Source: Gammaproteobacteria bacterium (GTDB taxonomy: Bacteria; Pseudomonadota; Gammaproteobacteria; Pseudomonadales; JADFDG01). From it: a stretch of 64,000 bases of DNA. Shown here one piece after another: positions 61,143-64,000 of the stretch. The stretch's first letter is position 1; each line of letters begins with the position of its first letter. Both the position numbers and the translations under genes were made by a program. The notes beneath the pieces were generated by a model. It worked only from the letters and a program-made list of their open reading frames with translations. It had not been told where the DNA came from and searched no databases. The stretch spans positions 10,099 to 74,098 of the forward strand of contig JADFDG010000012.1 of NCBI GenBank assembly GCA_018262975.1. Direction: 5' to 3'.

Positions 61143-61288
61143 CGTGCCAGCAGGGCATCGTCCTCGGCCACGTCCAGGTACTGCCAGCGGACCCCGCGCG
61201 CAGCAGCGGCACGCGCCAGCATCTGCTCTGCCTCCTCGCACAAGTGGCAGCCGCGCGTGCCCAGCAACTGCAGCTCAGCGTCAGCCAC
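61040..61288 (-). CDS. Glutaredoxin-like protein (DUF836/YruB-type)
   Basis: GTG start (VADAELQLLGTRGCHLCEEAE...) overlaps the rlmL stop by 8 nt. CxxC-type CHLC motif. Start uncertain. Confidence 0.65.
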   Translation of the reverse strand: MADAELQLLGTRGCHLCEEAEQMLARAAAARGVRWQYLDVAEDDALLARYGERIPVLRAVSGEIGWPFSLLDVLRLAERNQD

Positions 61289-63434
61289 GGTGGCGGATCT
61301 CCCAGCACTGGTGGATCTTCGTGTTGCGGGCGAAATCCGGCGGAATGGTTTCCGCCGTGATGTCACGCACGTCATAGTCGGCAAGGACCGACGGATCCAT
61401 CTTGAAGCGGCGATAGTTGTTGGAGAACAACAACACCCCGTCACGCGCCAGGTGGCGCATCGTTCCCTTGAGCAGGTCCACGTGGTCGCGCTGGATATCC
61501 AGCACGTTGGGCGTGCGCTTGGAATTGGAGAAGGTCGGCGGGTCCATGAAGATCACGTCGAACTGGTCGCCGCCCTTCGCCAGCGCCTGTGCCACGTCGG
61601 CACGCTCCAGGTGGTGCTGCGCGGTGGAGAAGCCATTCAACGCCAGGTTGGCTTCCGCCCAGGCCAGGTAGCGCGGGTTGAGATCCACCGACGTCGTGGA
61701 ACGCGCGCCGCCCAGCGCCGCGTGCACACTGGCCGTGCCCGTGTAGCAGAACAGGTTGAGGAAGTGCTTGTCACGGCACAGCGACTGCAGGCGGTGGCGC
61801 ACCGGTCGGTGATCCAGGAACAGACCGGTATCGAGGTAATCGGTGAGGTTCACCAGCAGGCGGGCGCCGTACTCCTCCACCTCGAACAGGTCGCCGCTGC
61901 TGTCCTGCCGGCGGTATTGCTGCGTGCCCTTCTGCCGGGCGCGGACCTTCAGGGCCAGCGCCTTGCGCGACTTGCCGGTGACGGCGCAGATGGCGTCCAG
62001 CGCCACCTCCAGGCGATGCGCCGCCTTCTGCGGGTCAATGCTCGACGGTGCCGCGTACTCCTGCACGTGGATGCGGTCACCGTAGGCATCGACCGCCACG
62101 TTGAATTCCGGCAGGTCGGCGTCGTACAGCCGGAACGCGCGGATACCATCGCGCTCCACCCAGCCCTTCAGTTGCTTCCAGTTCTTCTGCAGGCGATTGG
62201 CAAGCGCCTCGCCCTCGCCCTCCACCTGCGCATCGGTGCGCAGGCGGAACAGCGGCCACGCCGCCTCCGGCTGCGTCGGCGCGTTGAACACCCGCACGAA
62301 ACAGGCCAGCGGGCCGTTGTGGCAGCGGTGCTGCTGGTAGCCTGGCACCCGGAACTCGTCGAGGTGCTCCACATCCGCGCCCAGCACAGCCACCGGCCAG
62401 CCCGGCGTGACGGCACGTAACTTGCGTCCCAGGCAGCGATACAGGAACGGGGCCGCGTTGACGTCGGAAAGCCGCTCGCCGTAAGGCGGATTGGTAAGCA
62501 CCACGCCGTCATCCACCGCCAGGCGCCCGCCGCGGCGGAGGTTGGCCAGCGGCTGGCGCTCGATGTGGACCAACGCACCGACACCGGCGGCCGCGGCGTT
62601 GGCCTGCGCCGCGCGCACCGCCCGCGGCTCGGCATCGAAGCCGACGAAGCGCGTGGCCAGCGAAGCCAGGCCGGCCTCGCGGCGCCGCAGCGCTTCGCTG
62701 CGCACGGCCTCCCATGCCGCGGCATCGTGGCCACTCCAGCGCTCGAAACCCCAGCGCGTGCGCAACAGGCCGGGCGCCACGTCGGCCAGCATCCAGGCCG
62801 CTTCCACCAGCAGGGTACCGCCGCCGCACAGCGGATCCAGCACCACTGTCGGTGCGGCGACCGTACCGATGCCGCCCCAACGCGCAACCGCCGCAGCCAC
62901 GTTTTCCTTGAGCGGTGCCTCGACACCGGACACGCGGTAGCCGCGCTCGTGCAGCGGCGCGCCGCTGAGGTTCAGATAGATCGCCGGTTCCCTTTCATCG
63001 AGGTGCAACTGCAGGTACACGTCGGGATTGTCGCGATCGACATTGGGACGGATGCGCGCGCGACTAACGAAGTGATCGACAACAGCATCCTTGGCGCGGA
63101 AAACCGCGTGCTGCGAGTTGGCGATCGCCGGAGTGCTGCCGCTGACGGCGATCACGAAGCGCTGGCCCGGTCGCAGCCACTGGTCCCATGGCACCTCGCA
63201 CAACTGCTCGTAGAGCGCGTCGGCGTTGCCGTCACGCAGGGTGGCGATGCGCAGCAGGACGTGGTTGGCAAAGCGCGACCAGAGGCAGGCGCGGTACAGG
63301 GCGTCCAGCGTGCCCTCGCCGGTGACCGCGCCACGCCCGCGATGGGTCACGGAGATCCCCAGGCCAGCCAGTTCGTCAGCCAGCAGGGCCTCCAGGCCAC
63401 CGGGACAGGTAAGGGTCACCGCACGCGTGTTCAT
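61281..63434 (-). CDS. rlmL: Bifunctional 23S rRNA m2G2445/m7G2069 methyltransferase RlmKL
   Basis: Internal start MNTRAVTLTCPGGLEALLADEL (THUMP). DPLCGGGT and NPPYGERL motifs, second SAM domain with FMDPPTFS. Confidence 0.92.
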   Translation of the reverse strand: MNTRAVTLTCPGGLEALLADELAGLGISVTHRGRGAVTGEGTLDALYRACLWSRFANHVLLRIATLRDGNADALYEQLCEVPWDQWLRPGQRFVIAVSGSTPAIANSQHAVFRAKDAVVDHFVSRARIRPNVDRDNPDVYLQLHLDEREPAIYLNLSGAPLHERGYRVSGVEAPLKENVAAAVARWGGIGTVAAPTVVLDPLCGGGTLLVEAAWMLADVAPGLLRTRWGFERWSGHDAAAWEAVRSEALRRREAGLASLATRFVGFDAEPRAVRAAQANAAAAGVGALVHIERQPLANLRRGGRLAVDDGVVLTNPPYGERLSDVNAAPFLYRCLGRKLRAVTPGWPVAVLGADVEHLDEFRVPGYQQHRCHNGPLACFVRVFNAPTQPEAAWPLFRLRTDAQVEGEGEALANRLQKNWKQLKGWVERDGIRAFRLYDADLPEFNVAVDAYGDRIHVQEYAAPSSIDPQKAAHRLEVALDAICAVTGKSRKALALKVRARQKGTQQYRRQDSSGDLFEVEEYGARLLVNLTDYLDTGLFLDHRPVRHRLQSLCRDKHFLNLFCYTGTASVHAALGGARSTTSVDLNPRYLAWAEANLALNGFSTAQHHLERADVAQALAKGGDQFDVIFMDPPTFSNSKRTPNVLDIQRDHVDLLKGTMRHLARDGVLLFSNNYRRFKMDPSVLADYDVRDITAETIPPDFARNTKIHQCWEIRHRG

Positions 63435-63677
63435 CGGTGTTTGTTCCTGGGCGACATGGGATGAGGGATTACAGGGTCTTTCCAACCCCGTACCGGGAAC
63501 GCATGCCGCCGAATCAAGTAATTAGCTGGCATGGCGCCCGCGCAGTCCTTAGAGGCATACGGACCGAGCGACGCCCTTCATATAGCGAAAGGTTGTTGGC
63601 CGGGCGACATCGGCCTTCGCTAAAACAAAACGGCAGTGCAACGACCCACCATCGACGAAACACGAGGTTCCCGGACG

Positions 63678-63866
63678 ATGAAGAGACAGAAGCGTGACCG
63701 CGGCGAGCGCGCGTATTCTCGGGGCTATCAGGCAGCCCTGCAAGGTCGCTCCCGTGAGGCCTGCCCGTTTGTGGACGACAACACCCGCCAGGCCTGGCTC
63801 AACGGCTGGCGTGAAGGCAAGGAGATGAACTGGCAGGCGGAGGTGCCGCTGCAGCGCACCGGCTGA
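63678..63866 (+). CDS. rmf: Ribosome modulation factor
   Basis: Internal start MKRQKRDRGERAYSRGYQAALQGRSREACPF...WLNGWREG, 62 aa. Next to rlmL as in E. coli and Pseudomonas. Confidence 0.92.
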   Translation: MKRQKRDRGERAYSRGYQAALQGRSREACPFVDDNTRQAWLNGWREGKEMNWQAEVPLQRTG

Positions 63867-63880
63867 GCCTCGTCGGATCC

Positions 63881-63941
63881 TGTAGAGAGGGGGCCATGCC
63901 CCCGGCAGCAAACAAATCGGGGGCATGGCCCCCTCGCTACA
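63881..63941. repeat. REPIN-like element, second full copy
   Basis: Arms 63881-63904 and 63917-63941 are nearly identical to the 385-444 element (GTAG head, gggggccatgccccc core). 12-nt loop. 14 nt after the rmf stop. Confidence 0.85.
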
Positions 63942-63946
63942 AGAGA

Positions 63947-63968
63947 AAAGGGGCCGCAAGGCCCCTTT
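63947..63968. terminator. Short GC hairpin flanked by A/T runs (likely terminator for rmf and/or the convergent gene at the window edge)
   Basis: aaaggggcc-gcaa-ggccccttt. Confidence 0.55.
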
Positions 63969-64000
63969 CGCATACCTACCAGGCCTCGACGATCTCTTTC

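Noticed and set aside
63976-64000. Apparent 3' end of a minus-strand gene (...KEIVEAW-stop) at the window edge.
   Set aside because: Only 8 codons are visible, which is too little to support a call or an identity.

Overview
Very GC-rich gammaproteobacterial core chromosome, densely packed with housekeeping operons. As far as I recall it, the gene order closely follows the Pseudomonas aeruginosa PA2960-PA3011 region. On the minus strand: tatD-like, pilZ, holB, tmk, mltG, pabC, fabF, acpP, fabG, fabD, plsX, rpmF, yceD. Then maf, sppA, a HAD hydrolase, rluC, a ~650 nt leader and rne. Next comes a tightly coupled exbB-exbD-msbA-lpxK-kdsB-ptpA-murB string, then comEC, a DUF2062 gene and lolD with a single lolC/E-type permease. 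After that: agmatine deiminase-like, GDPD and patatin genes, nqrABCDEF-apbE-nqrM, a long-form GAPDH, a UDG-family gene, tesB, an M48 peptidase, mfd, MTAP-family, hpt, nagZ, an L,D-transpeptidase and psrA. The window ends with a csrA paralogue plus a FixL/FixJ-like two-component pair, topA, a small uncharacterised cluster, lexA with two SOS boxes, a DUF836 glutaredoxin-like gene, rlmL and rmf. Coordinates come from the ORF track, with start codons trimmed by me using conserved N-termini, SD sequences and neighbour stop codons. I saw no rRNA, tRNA, CRISPR array, transposase, integrase, prophage or recognisable defence genes, and I could not identify a convincing novel multi-gene system. The items most worth a second look are these. 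(1) A GTAG-headed REP/REPIN palindrome family with three copies. (2) A csrA paralogue whose SD lies in a hairpin that displays a near-consensus CsrA site, sitting next to a two-component system in a position that breaks the Pseudomonas-like synteny. (3) A promoter plus terminator-like hairpin inside the long rluC-rne leader. (4) A small membrane-type ORF starting 1 nt after lexA, where sulA would be expected. (5) The absence of fabH and lolE from otherwise canonical operons. Everything rests on reading the translations and the DNA by eye; no searches were run.
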